Shown here piece by piece: positions 1 to 9,256 of a stretch of 64,000 nucleotides of DNA. Each line of letters begins with the position of its first letter. Position 1 is the stretch's first letter. The DNA is from Alphaproteobacteria bacterium (GTDB taxonomy: Bacteria; Pseudomonadota; Alphaproteobacteria; UBA8366). A program made the translations under genes and the position numbers. The notes under the pieces are model-generated. The model did not search any database and was not told where the DNA came from. It was given only the letters and a program-made list of their open reading frames with translations. Location of the stretch: contig OZ245815.1 of assembly GCA_965228425.1 (NCBI GenBank), forward strand, positions 4,621,234 to 4,685,233, in the 5' to 3' direction.

Positions 1-1217
1 TCGGCTCTTTCGAGTTCGCCCGGCGCGTTGGCATCGTAGAGAATCAGCGGATGCAGGTTGCCGTCGCCGGCGTGAAACACATTCGCGACCCGAAGGTCGT
101 ATTTCCGGGATAGCTCGTTCATGCGGGTCAGAACGATCGGGAGTTTCCCGCGCGGAATCGTGCCGTCCATGCAGTAATAGTCCGGCGAAATCCGGCCGAC
201 CGCCGGGAAGGCCGCCTTGCGCCCCGCCCAGAACCGGGTCCGTTCTTCCTCGTCCCGCGACACGCGGACGGTGACCGCCTTGTTCGCCTTGGCGATTTCC
301 TCGACCTGGCCGATCAGATAATCGACCTCGGTCTCGGGTCCATCCAATTCCACGATCAACAGAGCTTCCACATCCAGCGGATAGCCGGCATGGACGAAAT
401 CCTCCGCCGCGTGGATCGCCGGGCGGTCCATCATTTCCATGCCGCCGGGAATGATCCCTGCGCCGATGACCCCTGCGACGCAGGCGCCCGCGTCTTCGCT
501 GGTGGGGAAGCCGACCAGCACGGCGCGCGCGGTTTCCGGCTTGCGCAGCAAACGGACGGTGACCTCGGTGACCACGCCCAACAATCCCTCCGACCCGGTC
601 AATACGCCGAGCAGGTCATACCCTTCGGCATCCAAGTGCGAGCCGCCGATGCGGATCACCTCACCGTCGATCAGCACCAGTTCCAGACCGAGCACATTAT
701 TGGTGGTGAGGCCGTATTTCAGGCAATGCACCCCGCCCGAGTTCTCGGCGATATTACCCCCGATCGTACAGGCGATCTGGCTCGACGGATCCGGCGCGTA
801 ATAGAAGTCATCGTCGCTGACGGCCGTGCTGATCGCCAGATTTGTGACGCCCGGCTGCACCACGGCGCAGCGGTTGTCTAAGTCGACGTCCAGGATGCGA
901 TTGAATTTTGCCATGCCCAGCAGGATGCCGTCTTCCAACGGCAGCGCGCCGCCCGACAGCGAGGTGCCCGCGCCGCGCGGCACGACCTTCACGCCATTCG
1001 CGTGGCAATAGCGCAGAACGTCGCTGACCTGCTGCGTCGTTTCGGGCAACACGACGATCATCGGCAATTGCCGATAAGCGGTCAGGCCGTCGCTTTCATA
1101 GGGCCGGCGTTCGTTCTCTTCGACGATGACGCCTTCGCCCGGAACGATCGCGCGGAGCGCCGCGGCGATCTCGAGGCGCCGGGCGATGATGTCCTGGTCC
1201 GGATCGGGCATTTTCAT
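1..1217 (-). CDS. glcD: FAD-linked oxidase, glycolate oxidase subunit GlcD-like; C-terminus cut by the window edge
   Basis: Absent from the ORF track because the frame runs off the left edge. My own reverse-complement translation from the ATG at 1217 reads MKMPDPDQD... It contains RYCHANGVKVVPRGAGTS (FAD-binding motif) and ends ...NLHPLILYDANAPGELERA at position 1, which is typical of GlcD/D-lactate dehydrogenase family proteins. Confidence 0.85.
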   Translation of the reverse strand, partial: MKMPDPDQDIIARRLEIAAALRAIVPGEGVIVEENERRPYESDGLTAYRQLPMIVVLPETTQQVSDVLRYCHANGVKVVPRGAGTSLSGGALPLEDGILLGMAKFNRILDVDLDNRCAVVQPGVTNLAISTAVSDDDFYYAPDPSSQIACTIGGNIAENSGGVHCLKYGLTTNNVLGLELVLIDGEVIRIGGSHLDAEGYDLLGVLTGSEGLLGVVTEVTVRLLRKPETARAVLVGFPTSEDAGACVAGVIGAGIIPGGMEMMDRPAIHAAEDFVHAGYPLDVEALLIVELDGPETEVDYLIGQVEEIAKANKAVTVRVSRDEEERTRFWAGRKAAFPAVGRISPDYYCMDGTIPRGKLPIVLTRMNELSRKYDLRVANVFHAGDGNLHPLILYDANAPGELERA

Positions 1218-1321
1218 GACAAGACACTCAGGATCGTTTACCTCAATTCCGGGATATCATGGGCGTTCCGGCCCGGAAACACCATGCAAAATTGCTCGGA
1301 TCGTCGCCGCCAAGCCGGCAA

Positions 1322-1346
1322 CAAAAAACCGCGCCAAAGGCGCGGT
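1322..1346 (-). terminator. Rho-independent terminator downstream of rpmJ
   Basis: The minus-strand RNA reads ACCGCGCC-UUU-GGCGCGGU followed by UUUUUG. It lies 36 nt after the rpmJ stop. Confidence 0.6.
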
Positions 1347-1381
1347 CAGTCCGGGCGCACGGGGTCGGCCCCGCGCTGTCC

Positions 1382-1507
1382 TTAACCCTGGCGGGCTTTG
1401 AAACGGGGGTTCCGCTTGTTGATCACGTAGACACGGCCTTTGCGCCGCACAATACGGCATTCCTTGTGCCGCTTCTTCAAAGTCTTCAACGAGCTTGCGA
1501 CTTTCAT
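1382..1507 (-). CDS. rpmJ: 50S ribosomal protein L36
   Basis: Too short for the ORF track. My own translation is [41 protein letters not shown] (41 aa), a textbook L36 sequence. Confidence 0.95.
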   Translation of the reverse strand: MKVASSLKTLKKRHKECRIVRRKGRVYVINKRNPRFKARQG

Positions 1508-1625
1508 GGTCCGCTCCCGGGCTCTTATCCTGTATCTCGACAGCGGCGGACAATATGGAGCAGCGGCCGGCTTGTCAATGCCAAGCGGGCCGTTTTAGAC
1601 CTTGGAAGATGGGAATTTCCGGACG

Positions 1626-2594
1626 TCAGGACTTGCTGCTGGTTCGGCTCAATTCCATATAACAGTACCGCAGGGACCCGCTGTTGATCGCGGCGATCCG
1701 GCGCTTCATCACCTCGGCTTCGCGCATCAGCGTGTCCACGAAGGGCCGATCGAGCGTTTCCTTGGTAATACTGTTAGAAAAGTCCGTCCAGCTATCGAGC
1801 AGAAGGCGCCGGTATCCGTCGGTTTCATCGCGGTAATGCGCGATTTGCAGGCCACAACGGCCGCATTCTTCCTGGAATTCGCCCAGCGTCCACGGTTCGA
1901 CTTCGGTATCGTCCGCCATCGCCTGCATCGGGCCGCTGGACCGCAGATCGGTCCGGCTGAGCAACAGGTCGGTCACAACGAGCCGGCCATCCGATGCCAG
2001 CGCCTTCTCAGCCTGGGCCAACAACCGCTCGCGTCCCGCCATTTGAGCCAGACGTTCGCGAATGATGACGACGTCATAGGCTTGATCCGATAGGGAAATG
2101 GTTTCCGGATCATAGGTGGAAATCGGCACCCGCGCCTCCAGCCCGCGGATCAGGGAAATCTTCATCCCCAACTCGGCGACGTCGGCGTCCGGCTCCAGTC
2201 CCATCACCGTCGCGCCGAACTGCAACGCCGCCGCCCGGATCGTTCCGCCGAGGCCGGCGGCTAGGTCGAGCACCGTATGGGTCTTCTGGAGATCGATGTA
2301 TTTCAGGAATTGGGTCGTGACTTCCTGTCCGCCGGGCAAGGAGAACCCTTCACCATAGAGACGCGACCACAGGCGATAGCGCAGATCCGCCCATTCTTCG
2401 CTGCTGCCGCTCTCCGCCGTCGGCGCATCGACGACGATCAACCGATTGCGCCGAACCGACGCCGATTGTCCCTGACGCACCATGGCGCCCGGCTCCACGC
2501 CATCCCACCAGGCGCGGAAACGAACGGCGAAGGGAACGTAATCATCCCCTTGGCCGACATTGGAAGCCGCATTGGAGGCGACTTGCTGAGACAT
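1626..2594 (-). CDS. class I SAM-dependent methyltransferase
   Basis: ORF 1626..2603. The motif VLDLAAGLGGTIRAAALQFGATVMGLEPD is a SAM-binding motif I plus an acidic loop. The first track codon is GTG, so I place the start at the ATG at 2594, which is preceded by GGTGGTGAG. Confidence 0.8.
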   Translation of the reverse strand: MSQQVASNAASNVGQGDDYVPFAVRFRAWWDGVEPGAMVRQGQSASVRRNRLIVVDAPTAESGSSEEWADLRYRLWSRLYGEGFSLPGGQEVTTQFLKYIDLQKTHTVLDLAAGLGGTIRAAALQFGATVMGLEPDADVAELGMKISLIRGLEARVPISTYDPETISLSDQAYDVVIIRERLAQMAGRERLLAQAEKALASDGRLVVTDLLLSRTDLRSSGPMQAMADDTEVEPWTLGEFQEECGRCGLQIAHYRDETDGYRRLLLDSWTDFSNSITKETLDRPFVDTLMREAEVMKRRIAAINSGSLRYCYMELSRTSSKS

Positions 2595-2602
2595 ACTCAC
2601 CA

Positions 2603-2753
2603 CCGAAACCGCGCCTATGATTGTTGAAATCCGACCCAGATTAGGAAAAACAGATTAATGCATGCTTAACCTTTGAAATTCGGTCAAACCAACCTCAGCA
2701 AGCTGATTTTAAACAATAAATTGGGATATGTGTGCTAAACGGCGCGGTTTCGG
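2603..2753. repeat. 13-bp perfect inverted repeat pair bracketing an AT-rich spacer in the methyltransferase leader
   Basis: CCGAAACCGCGCC at 2603-2615 and GGCGCGGTTTCGG at 2741-2753 are exact reverse complements. About 125 bp of unusually AT-rich sequence lies between them. Confidence 0.6.
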
Positions 2754-2825
2754 ATCCTACGATTTGGTTAAGGTTCCCAGCGAATTCGGTGTGAAAACAG
2801 CTCTGGTCAACACTACGGAATCTTT

Positions 2826-4043
2826 CTAAACCACACCGCGCGACCGCAGGTCCTCGACCGCCGCCGAATCCATATCGAGATATTCGCCGAGCAACTCGTC
2901 GGTGTGCTGCCCCAATGTCGGCGGCGATTGCCGGTAGCTGACCGGTGTGCCGGACATTTTGATCGGGCTGGCGATCAGTTTGGCCGGGCGGCCATCGGTC
3001 GCCGGATGGTCCATCTCGATCACCATCTCGCGCGCCTTGACCTGCGGGTCGTCGAACACGTCGCTCAGTTCGTTGATGGGGCCGCAGCCGATCTTCTCTT
3101 TCTCCAAATTCTCGATCCACCAGGCGGACGGCTTCGTGCGCGTGATGTCGTTCAGCGTCTCGGTCACGGCATCCCGGTTGCGGACCCGTTCGACCGCCGT
3201 CTTGAACCGCTCATCGTCCAGCAGGTTCTCGCAGCCCGCTACCTTGCAAAACCGCTCGAAGGTCGGATCGTTGCCGACCGACAGCACGAAATACCCATCC
3301 GCCGACGGCATCACCTGATACGGCACGATATTCGGATGCTGGTTCCCCAAACGCTCAGGGTTCTCGTTGGTCGCCAGATAGTTCATGCCCTGGTTGGCGA
3401 GCCACGCAACATGCGCGTCCAGCATGCTGATATCGAGATGCTGCCCCTCGCCGGTGAGCTGCTGATGGCGGACCGCCGCGAGGATCGCGACGGCCGCATA
3501 CATGCCGGACATCAGGTCGGCGATCGACACGCCGACCTTCATCGGCTCGCCGGCCGGCTCGCCGGTCAGGCTCATCACGCCGCCCATCGCCTGGATCAAC
3601 GCGTCATAGGCGGGGCGCGCCGCATACGGGCCGGTATGGCCGAAGCCTGTGACCGAACAGTAGATCAAGCGCGGAAAGTCGGATTTCAGGTCGTCGTAGC
3701 CGAGCCCATACTTCGCAAGTGTTCCCGTCTTGAAATTCTCGGCGAGGATATCGGCCTTCGCGACCAAGCGCTTGGCGATGTCCTGACCCTCCGGGTCGCT
3801 GAGATTCAGCGTCATGGACCGCTTGTTCCGGTTCGTCCCCGCGAAATAGGCGCTTTCCTCGCTGTCCTCGCCACCGGGCAGCGGCAGGTAGGGCGGCGCG
3901 AAGTTACGCGTATCGTCGCCGACGCCGGGCCGCTCGATCTTGATCACCTCGGCGCCCAGGTCGCCGAGTATCTGCGTGCAGTGCGGTCCCGCGAGAATCC
4001 GCGTGAGATCGAACACAACTAGGCCGGTGAGCGGACCCTTCAT
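2826..4043 (-). CDS. family III CoA-transferase (CaiB/BaiF type)
   Basis: ORF 2826..4094. The family-typical N-terminus MKGPLTGLVVFDLTRILAGPHCTQILGDLGAEVIKIERP starts at the ATG at 4043 behind AAGGAAAAG. Confidence 0.9.
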   Translation of the reverse strand: MKGPLTGLVVFDLTRILAGPHCTQILGDLGAEVIKIERPGVGDDTRNFAPPYLPLPGGEDSEESAYFAGTNRNKRSMTLNLSDPEGQDIAKRLVAKADILAENFKTGTLAKYGLGYDDLKSDFPRLIYCSVTGFGHTGPYAARPAYDALIQAMGGVMSLTGEPAGEPMKVGVSIADLMSGMYAAVAILAAVRHQQLTGEGQHLDISMLDAHVAWLANQGMNYLATNENPERLGNQHPNIVPYQVMPSADGYFVLSVGNDPTFERFCKVAGCENLLDDERFKTAVERVRNRDAVTETLNDITRTKPSAWWIENLEKEKIGCGPINELSDVFDDPQVKAREMVIEMDHPATDGRPAKLIASPIKMSGTPVSYRQSPPTLGQHTDELLGEYLDMDSAAVEDLRSRGVV

Positions 4044-4159
4044 CGTTTCTTTTCCTTTCAATGCCTGTATTCTTGGCTCGTCCTTCTTACCCATCGGCGT
4101 GTCCTACGACAAGGCATCGACGCGGATGGGTCCGGGATTTCGGCGCGAAAGGTCGGTTC

Positions 4160-5491
4160 TTGAACGTCATCTTCTTTGCCATCGTGCTGGTCTCCTTCCT
4201 GATCGCGGGCTACCGGCAGTTCGTCGTCCCGTCGGTCGCGGGCCAGCCGACGCCGATGGACCTGCTGTCGACCGGCACCATCGAAGCCGCCAAGGGCTCT
4301 GTCACCCTCGCACTCGGCCTGATCGGCGTGATGGCGTTGTTCCTCGGCCTGATGAAGGTCGCGGAGGCCGGCGGCCTTTTGACCATCATCGCGCGCCTGA
4401 TGCGGCCGATCATGGTGCGGCTTTTCCCGGACGTTCCGGCCGACCATCCGGCGATGGGCGCGATCATCATGAACCTGTCGGCCAACGTCATGGGCCTCGG
4501 CAACGCGGCGACGCCCTTCGGCATCCGGGCGATGCAGGAACTCGACAAACTGAACCCGCAGAAAGGCACCGCGACAAACTCGATGGCGCTGTTCCTCGCC
4601 ATCAACACGTCGAGCATCACGGTCTTGCCGACCGGCGTCATCGCGCTGCGGGCGGCGGCCGGATCGGACGATCCCGCCGGCATCCTGCCGACGACCCTGT
4701 TCGCCACGGTGTGCTCGACCATTGTCGCCATCACCGCGGCCAAGCTGTACGGCCGCTATTGGCCGGCCGCCACGCCCGCCCTTCCCGAACAAGCCCAGCC
4801 CGCGAACGAACCGGAAAGCCCCGCGGACGCCGTCGAAACCGACAGCGACGCGGTCGCCGACGCGGCGGCGAGCGTACAAAGCGCCGAATCCTACCCGATG
4901 TGGGCCACGATCACGGCCATCCTAAGCGTCCTGGCGCTGATCCCGCTGTCGATCCTGTATGGCCGGGCGATCTCGCCGTGGATCATCCCCGGCCTGATCG
5001 TCACGCTGCTCGGTTTCGGCGTCATCCGGCGCGTGCCGATTTACGAGGTCTTCGTCGAGGGCGCGAAGGATGGATTCCAAGTCGCCATCCGCATCATCCC
5101 TTACCTCGTCGCGATCCTGGTCGCGGTCGGCATGTTCCGGGCGAGCGGCGCAATGGAACTGGTGGTCGGCCCGCTCGGCGCGCTGACGGAACTGGTCGGC
5201 CTGCCCGCCGAGGCGCTGCCGATGGCATTGCTGCGGCCGTTGTCCGGCTCCGGCGCCTATGGCTATCTCAGCGCGATCATTCAGGATCCCGCGATCGGGC
5301 CGGACAGCTACACCGGATTCCTGGTCAGCACCTTGCAGGGATCGACGGAGACCACCTTTTATGTCCTCGCCGTCTATTTTGGCGCCGTGCAGATACGCCG
5401 GATCCGCCACGCTCTCGCGGCGGGACTGACCGCGGATTTCGCCGGGATCGTCGCCGCCGTCTTCATCTGCTCGCTGCTATTCGCCGCGTGA
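4160..5491 (+). CDS. nucleoside-recognition-domain membrane protein (fused SpmA/SpmB-like)
   Basis: ORF 4061..5491 is a multi-pass membrane protein with GLMKVAEAGGLL and LNPQKGTATNSMALFLAINTSSITVLPTG segments. The start is probably the TTG at 4160 (LNVIFFAIVL...) behind GAAAGG. That placement leaves a 116-bp divergent promoter region. Confidence 0.75.
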   Translation: MNVIFFAIVLVSFLIAGYRQFVVPSVAGQPTPMDLLSTGTIEAAKGSVTLALGLIGVMALFLGLMKVAEAGGLLTIIARLMRPIMVRLFPDVPADHPAMGAIIMNLSANVMGLGNAATPFGIRAMQELDKLNPQKGTATNSMALFLAINTSSITVLPTGVIALRAAAGSDDPAGILPTTLFATVCSTIVAITAAKLYGRYWPAATPALPEQAQPANEPESPADAVETDSDAVADAAASVQSAESYPMWATITAILSVLALIPLSILYGRAISPWIIPGLIVTLLGFGVIRRVPIYEVFVEGAKDGFQVAIRIIPYLVAILVAVGMFRASGAMELVVGPLGALTELVGLPAEALPMALLRPLSGSGAYGYLSAIIQDPAIGPDSYTGFLVSTLQGSTETTFYVLAVYFGAVQIRRIRHALAAGLTADFAGIVAAVFICSLLFAA

Positions 5492-5683
5492 CCCCGGCAA
5501 TTTTTACCCGCAATTATCGACGCACCGGACCGCCATGCCCATCACCTCGATGCTTTTCAGCCTTTGAGGAAACACGAAACCTCATTCCCTAAAGAAATTC
5601 AGCCGCTTACGGATACAGACCGTCAATCGGCAAGTTTCTTGCATTTCAAGTCATAGAATTGCGTTAGGCGGAGACAGAGGCAG

Positions 5684-6511
5684 ATGCAAGCACAGGCACT
5701 CAACGAAGAACCGACCCTCAATGAAATCTTGGCGGTCGACTCGGAAGAACTGGCCGAGCGGATGCTCGAGCCGGCGACGATGCAGGCGATCTACGAAGAT
5801 ACCGAGGAAATCATTGGCCGAAGCCGCACACCGGATAGCCTCTACGCCCTGGTGCAGAACGCCATAAAGACGATGGCCGAAGTCTGGGGCAACCTCGCCG
5901 CGGAGGCTGAACCCGCCGCTTGCCGCAAGGGATGCTCCATGTGCTGCCATCAGTCGGTAATGACCACGGCGCCGGAAGTGCTGCTGACCGTCAAACTGTT
6001 GCGCGACAACCTCTCCGAGGCGGAAATCGACCAATTGCAGGCCCGTGTCGCCGACCGCGCGAAAGCGATCGAAGGACGGTCGAGCAACGAGCGTATGGAT
6101 AGCCGGATCGCTTGTGCCTTTCTCGTCGACAATATCTGTTCGATCTACCCGGCCCGGCCGCTGCAATGCCGCGGCGGGTATTCCGAAGACGTCGAGTATT
6201 GCCGCAGCCTCTTCGAAGACCGGGAAAATACGCAGCAGGCCGTCGCCGACGGCAGCGTGGACGGCCGTTACATGCTGATCCCGAAGATGTTGTATGACAG
6301 CGCACAGGTTGGCATGGCCGGCGCGCTCAAGGCGGAGGGGTTAAGCGCCGATCCGCTCGAATTCACGGCCGCCATGGCGATCGCCCTCGCCGATCCGAAC
6401 ATCACGGACAAATGGCTACAAGGCTGGCCGGTCTTCGACGGCGCACGGCTTGTCCGCCAAACGTCCGCCAATGGCGATCAGTACATTACGGAAGCCGACG
6501 TACCCGCCTAA
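5684..6511 (+). CDS. YkgJ-family cysteine-cluster (putative Fe-S/Zn) protein
   Basis: It has CRKGCSMCCHQ (CxxCxxCC) plus a downstream CAFLVDNICSIYPARPLQCR segment. Confidence 0.7.
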   Translation: MQAQALNEEPTLNEILAVDSEELAERMLEPATMQAIYEDTEEIIGRSRTPDSLYALVQNAIKTMAEVWGNLAAEAEPAACRKGCSMCCHQSVMTTAPEVLLTVKLLRDNLSEAEIDQLQARVADRAKAIEGRSSNERMDSRIACAFLVDNICSIYPARPLQCRGGYSEDVEYCRSLFEDRENTQQAVADGSVDGRYMLIPKMLYDSAQVGMAGALKAEGLSADPLEFTAAMAIALADPNITDKWLQGWPVFDGARLVRQTSANGDQYITEADVPA

Positions 6512-6550
6512 CCATTTGCGGCGGGTTCCCCTCTGAATGGGATTTGAGCG

Positions 6551-7867
6551 TTATCGGCTGATCACGCCGGTCGGCGCACTGACGGTCTGCGCGGACAGAA
6601 GCTGAAGCGCCCGTTCGAGCTGTTCGTCGCCGTCCCGTTCCTCGTCCATCTCGACCGTATGGTCGGGCGCGATCCCGCCCTCGACCGAGACGCCCGACGG
6701 CGTCAGGTAAATCGCCGTCGTCAGCTTGACCGCATCCGTGCTGCTGAGCGGCAGAATGGTCTGCACCGTTCCCTTGCCGAAGCTGCGGGTACCGATCAAA
6801 GTCGCCCGGTGGTGATCGCGGAGCGCGCCCGCAACGATTTCCGCCGCCGATGCCGAGCCGTTGTTGATCAACACCACCATCGGCAAGCCGTCGGTCAAAT
6901 CGCCCTTTGTGGCGCTGTAGTGCTGCTCGTAATGGCGTTCGCGGGTTGAGACGATCCGCCCTTGGTCCAGAAAGACATCGGACACTTCGATCGATTGATC
7001 GAGCAGACCGCCCGGATTATTCCGCAAATCCAAAACGAGGCCGCGCATCCGCGATCCGATGGCCTTTTTCAGCGACATCACCGACCCGGCCACATCGTCG
7101 CCGACCCGTTCGGAAAAACTGGTGATCCGCAGATACCCGATATCGCCCTCGGCGCGCCACCGCACGGATGCGACATTGATGATCGCTCGCGTGATCGTGA
7201 CGTCGAAGGGTGCTTTCTCGCCCCGTTGGATCGATAGCGTGACATCCGATCCGGGGGCGCCGCGCAACAGAAGTACCGCATCCCGAAGCAGCGCGTCCTT
7301 GAGCGATTTACCATCCGCCCGGACGATGTGATCACCGGATTTCAGGCCCGCCCGCTGGGCCGGCGTACCGTCGATCGGCGCGACGATATCGATATACGTA
7401 TCGCCCTTGCGAACCTCGATGCCCAAACCGCCGAACCGGCCCCGGGTCTGTTCGCGAAGCGCCTTCAAATGCTTCTTGTCCAGATAGCTGCTGTAATTGT
7501 CGAGCGATCCCAGCATGCCGTGGATAGCCGCCTCGACAAGTTCCTTGTCCTCGGCGTCCTGCGGTTCCGGATGACGCTTGCGGATTTCCTGCGTCGCCGC
7601 TTCGATAAGCGCCTCATCGTCGATGTCGCGGACGTAATGGACGCGGACCTTTTCGTAAACCTGGGCAAACAGGTTCGCCCCACGGACCAGAACACTCGCA
7701 TCCTGGCGGGCTTTGACCTTGTCCACGCCGTTGCGATAACTGACGATATCGCTGGAAAGCCGTTTAGCAGCCTCTTGGGCTTCCGGCCCCGGCGCCCGTC
7801 CAACCGACGAACAGCCAGCCATTGAAAACAGCAGAAGCGCTACGACAAAGTACCGAAAATCCGACAA
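6551..7867 (-). CDS. ctpA: S41 family carboxy-terminal processing peptidase
   Basis: ORF 6551..8020. It has a PDZ segment (GLGIEV...GTPAQRAGLKSGDHIV) and catalytic regions (NPGGLLDQ, INNGSASAAEI, SFGKGTVQ). The likely start is the TTG at 7867, giving MSDFRYFVVALLLFSMAGC, a lipoprotein-type signal. The start is uncertain. Confidence 0.85.
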   Translation of the reverse strand: MSDFRYFVVALLLFSMAGCSSVGRAPGPEAQEAAKRLSSDIVSYRNGVDKVKARQDASVLVRGANLFAQVYEKVRVHYVRDIDDEALIEAATQEIRKRHPEPQDAEDKELVEAAIHGMLGSLDNYSSYLDKKHLKALREQTRGRFGGLGIEVRKGDTYIDIVAPIDGTPAQRAGLKSGDHIVRADGKSLKDALLRDAVLLLRGAPGSDVTLSIQRGEKAPFDVTITRAIINVASVRWRAEGDIGYLRITSFSERVGDDVAGSVMSLKKAIGSRMRGLVLDLRNNPGGLLDQSIEVSDVFLDQGRIVSTRERHYEQHYSATKGDLTDGLPMVVLINNGSASAAEIVAGALRDHHRATLIGTRSFGKGTVQTILPLSSTDAVKLTTAIYLTPSGVSVEGGIAPDHTVEMDEERDGDEQLERALQLLSAQTVSAPTGVISR

Positions 7868-7917
7868 AATCCACTCACTGTGACGATCTCTTCTGAGCAC
7901 TGAATATGAGCCGAAGC

Positions 7918-7953
7918 GGGCATTTCGGCAACTGCATTTATGGGGCATTTCGG
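7918..7953. repeat. 11-bp direct repeat GGGCATTTCGG x2 in a divergent promoter region
   Basis: Exact copies lie at 7918-7928 and 7943-7953, between the protease gene and the PqqC-like gene. Confidence 0.5.
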
Positions 7954-8092
7954 GGGCAGCGGCGCTACCTCCGACCTGCGAAACGCCAAACTTCCGCGCA
8001 AAATCTGACCCTTGCGACAATGCTGTGCTAACCTGTCACAAAGCCGTGTCGGCATAAAAAATTCACACCAGGAATCAGAGGAGACATCCAAT

Positions 8093-8818
8093 ATGGCCAA
8101 AAGTGCGTTCCGGACTGCCCTCAAGGATATGGTCGAGCAACGCCATTCCAAGATTCATCCATTTAGCGAAGCCTGGGTCACGGGCGGCTTGAACCGCCAG
8201 ATACTCGGCGAATGGGTAACGCAGCATTACCATTATGTCGGCCATTTCTCACAGTGGTGCGGCGCTATTTTCGCGAACTGCCAGGACGAGGAAACCAACC
8301 ATTTCCTGGTGGAGAACATCATGGAAGAGGAAGGGTTCGTCGAGGAAGGCGGCTTTCCCGCCGCCAAGCATGTGGACCTTTTGCTGAACTTCGGCGAGGC
8401 CTGCGGCAAGGACCGGCAGGCGATGAAGGACGCGCAGAAGAACGGTGAGTTGATGGCCGGTCTGCTGGGGCTGCAATCCTGGTGCACCGTTCAATCCACC
8501 AAGCCGACGCATGAAGCCATCGCCGGCCTGCTTGTCGGGCTCGAGAGCCAAGTGCCGCAAATCTACAAGCGGACGACGCCGCCCCTGGTGGAAAAATACG
8601 GATTCAGCGAAGAGGATATCGTGTTCTTCCGCCTGCACATCGTCGCGGACACCGAGCATGGCAAACGCGGCTACGAGATCGTCGAACGGCTTGCCGACAC
8701 CGAGGAAAAACAACAGGCCTGCCTGCGCGCGGTGCGCGAGGCGACGCTGATGCGTCGGCTCTATCTCGATGCGCTATACGACGAATATGTGGCGCCCCAA
8801 AGCGCGGCCGCCGAATGA
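8093..8818 (+). CDS. PqqC-like / heme-oxygenase-fold iron-containing redox enzyme
   Basis: The start is the ATG at 8093 behind GAGGAGA. The sequence HPFSEAWVTGGLNRQILGEWVTQHYHYV and the C-terminus LDALYDEYVAP closely recall PqqC. No other pqq genes are nearby. Confidence 0.8.
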   Translation: MAKSAFRTALKDMVEQRHSKIHPFSEAWVTGGLNRQILGEWVTQHYHYVGHFSQWCGAIFANCQDEETNHFLVENIMEEEGFVEEGGFPAAKHVDLLLNFGEACGKDRQAMKDAQKNGELMAGLLGLQSWCTVQSTKPTHEAIAGLLVGLESQVPQIYKRTTPPLVEKYGFSEEDIVFFRLHIVADTEHGKRGYEIVERLADTEEKQQACLRAVREATLMRRLYLDALYDEYVAPQSAAAE

Positions 8819-9246
8819 GGACGGTCAAAACGCTCTCGCTCGCCGAAGCCAACCTCATCCTCGATGCGGCGCAGGCGAAGTCGGAGGAAATCGGCGTCGC
8901 GCATGTCTTATGCATCGCCGACAATGCCGGATACCCGATCGCATTGCGCCGTCTCGACGGCGGTAAAGTGACCAGCGTCCAGATCGCCGAAAACAAGGCG
9001 TTCACCGCCGCGGGGCACCGCCGCAAGACGCATACCTTCACCAACACGTATCCCGGAGAGGAAGCCTGGGGCATCTTCACCCAACATGGCGGACGGCTGA
9101 CGGTGTTCGTCGGCGGTTTCCCGATCGAAGCGGATGGCGAGGTGGTCGGCGGGATCGGCGCATCGGGCGGCAACGGCGAAGAGGATATCGCAGCCTGCGA
9201 GGCAGGAATCGCAGCGTTCGATGCCTACCTCGCCGCCCAGAAATAG
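8815..9246 (+). CDS. GlcG/HbpS-like heme-binding protein (DUF336)
   Basis: ATGA start/stop overlap with the upstream gene. Motifs are SVQIAENKAFTAA and GGFPI..DGEVVGGIGASGG. Confidence 0.85.
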   Translation: MRTVKTLSLAEANLILDAAQAKSEEIGVAHVLCIADNAGYPIALRRLDGGKVTSVQIAENKAFTAAGHRRKTHTFTNTYPGEEAWGIFTQHGGRLTVFVGGFPIEADGEVVGGIGASGGNGEEDIAACEAGIAAFDAYLAAQK

Positions 9247-9256
9247 CGCGTACGGT

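Noticed and set aside
3940-5592. 550-aa ORF on the plus strand, extremely Arg/Pro/Gly-rich
   Set aside because: It is an out-of-frame shadow of the real membrane-protein gene (4160-5491) on the same strand. It has low-complexity composition typical of wrong frames in high-GC DNA and no recognisable motifs.
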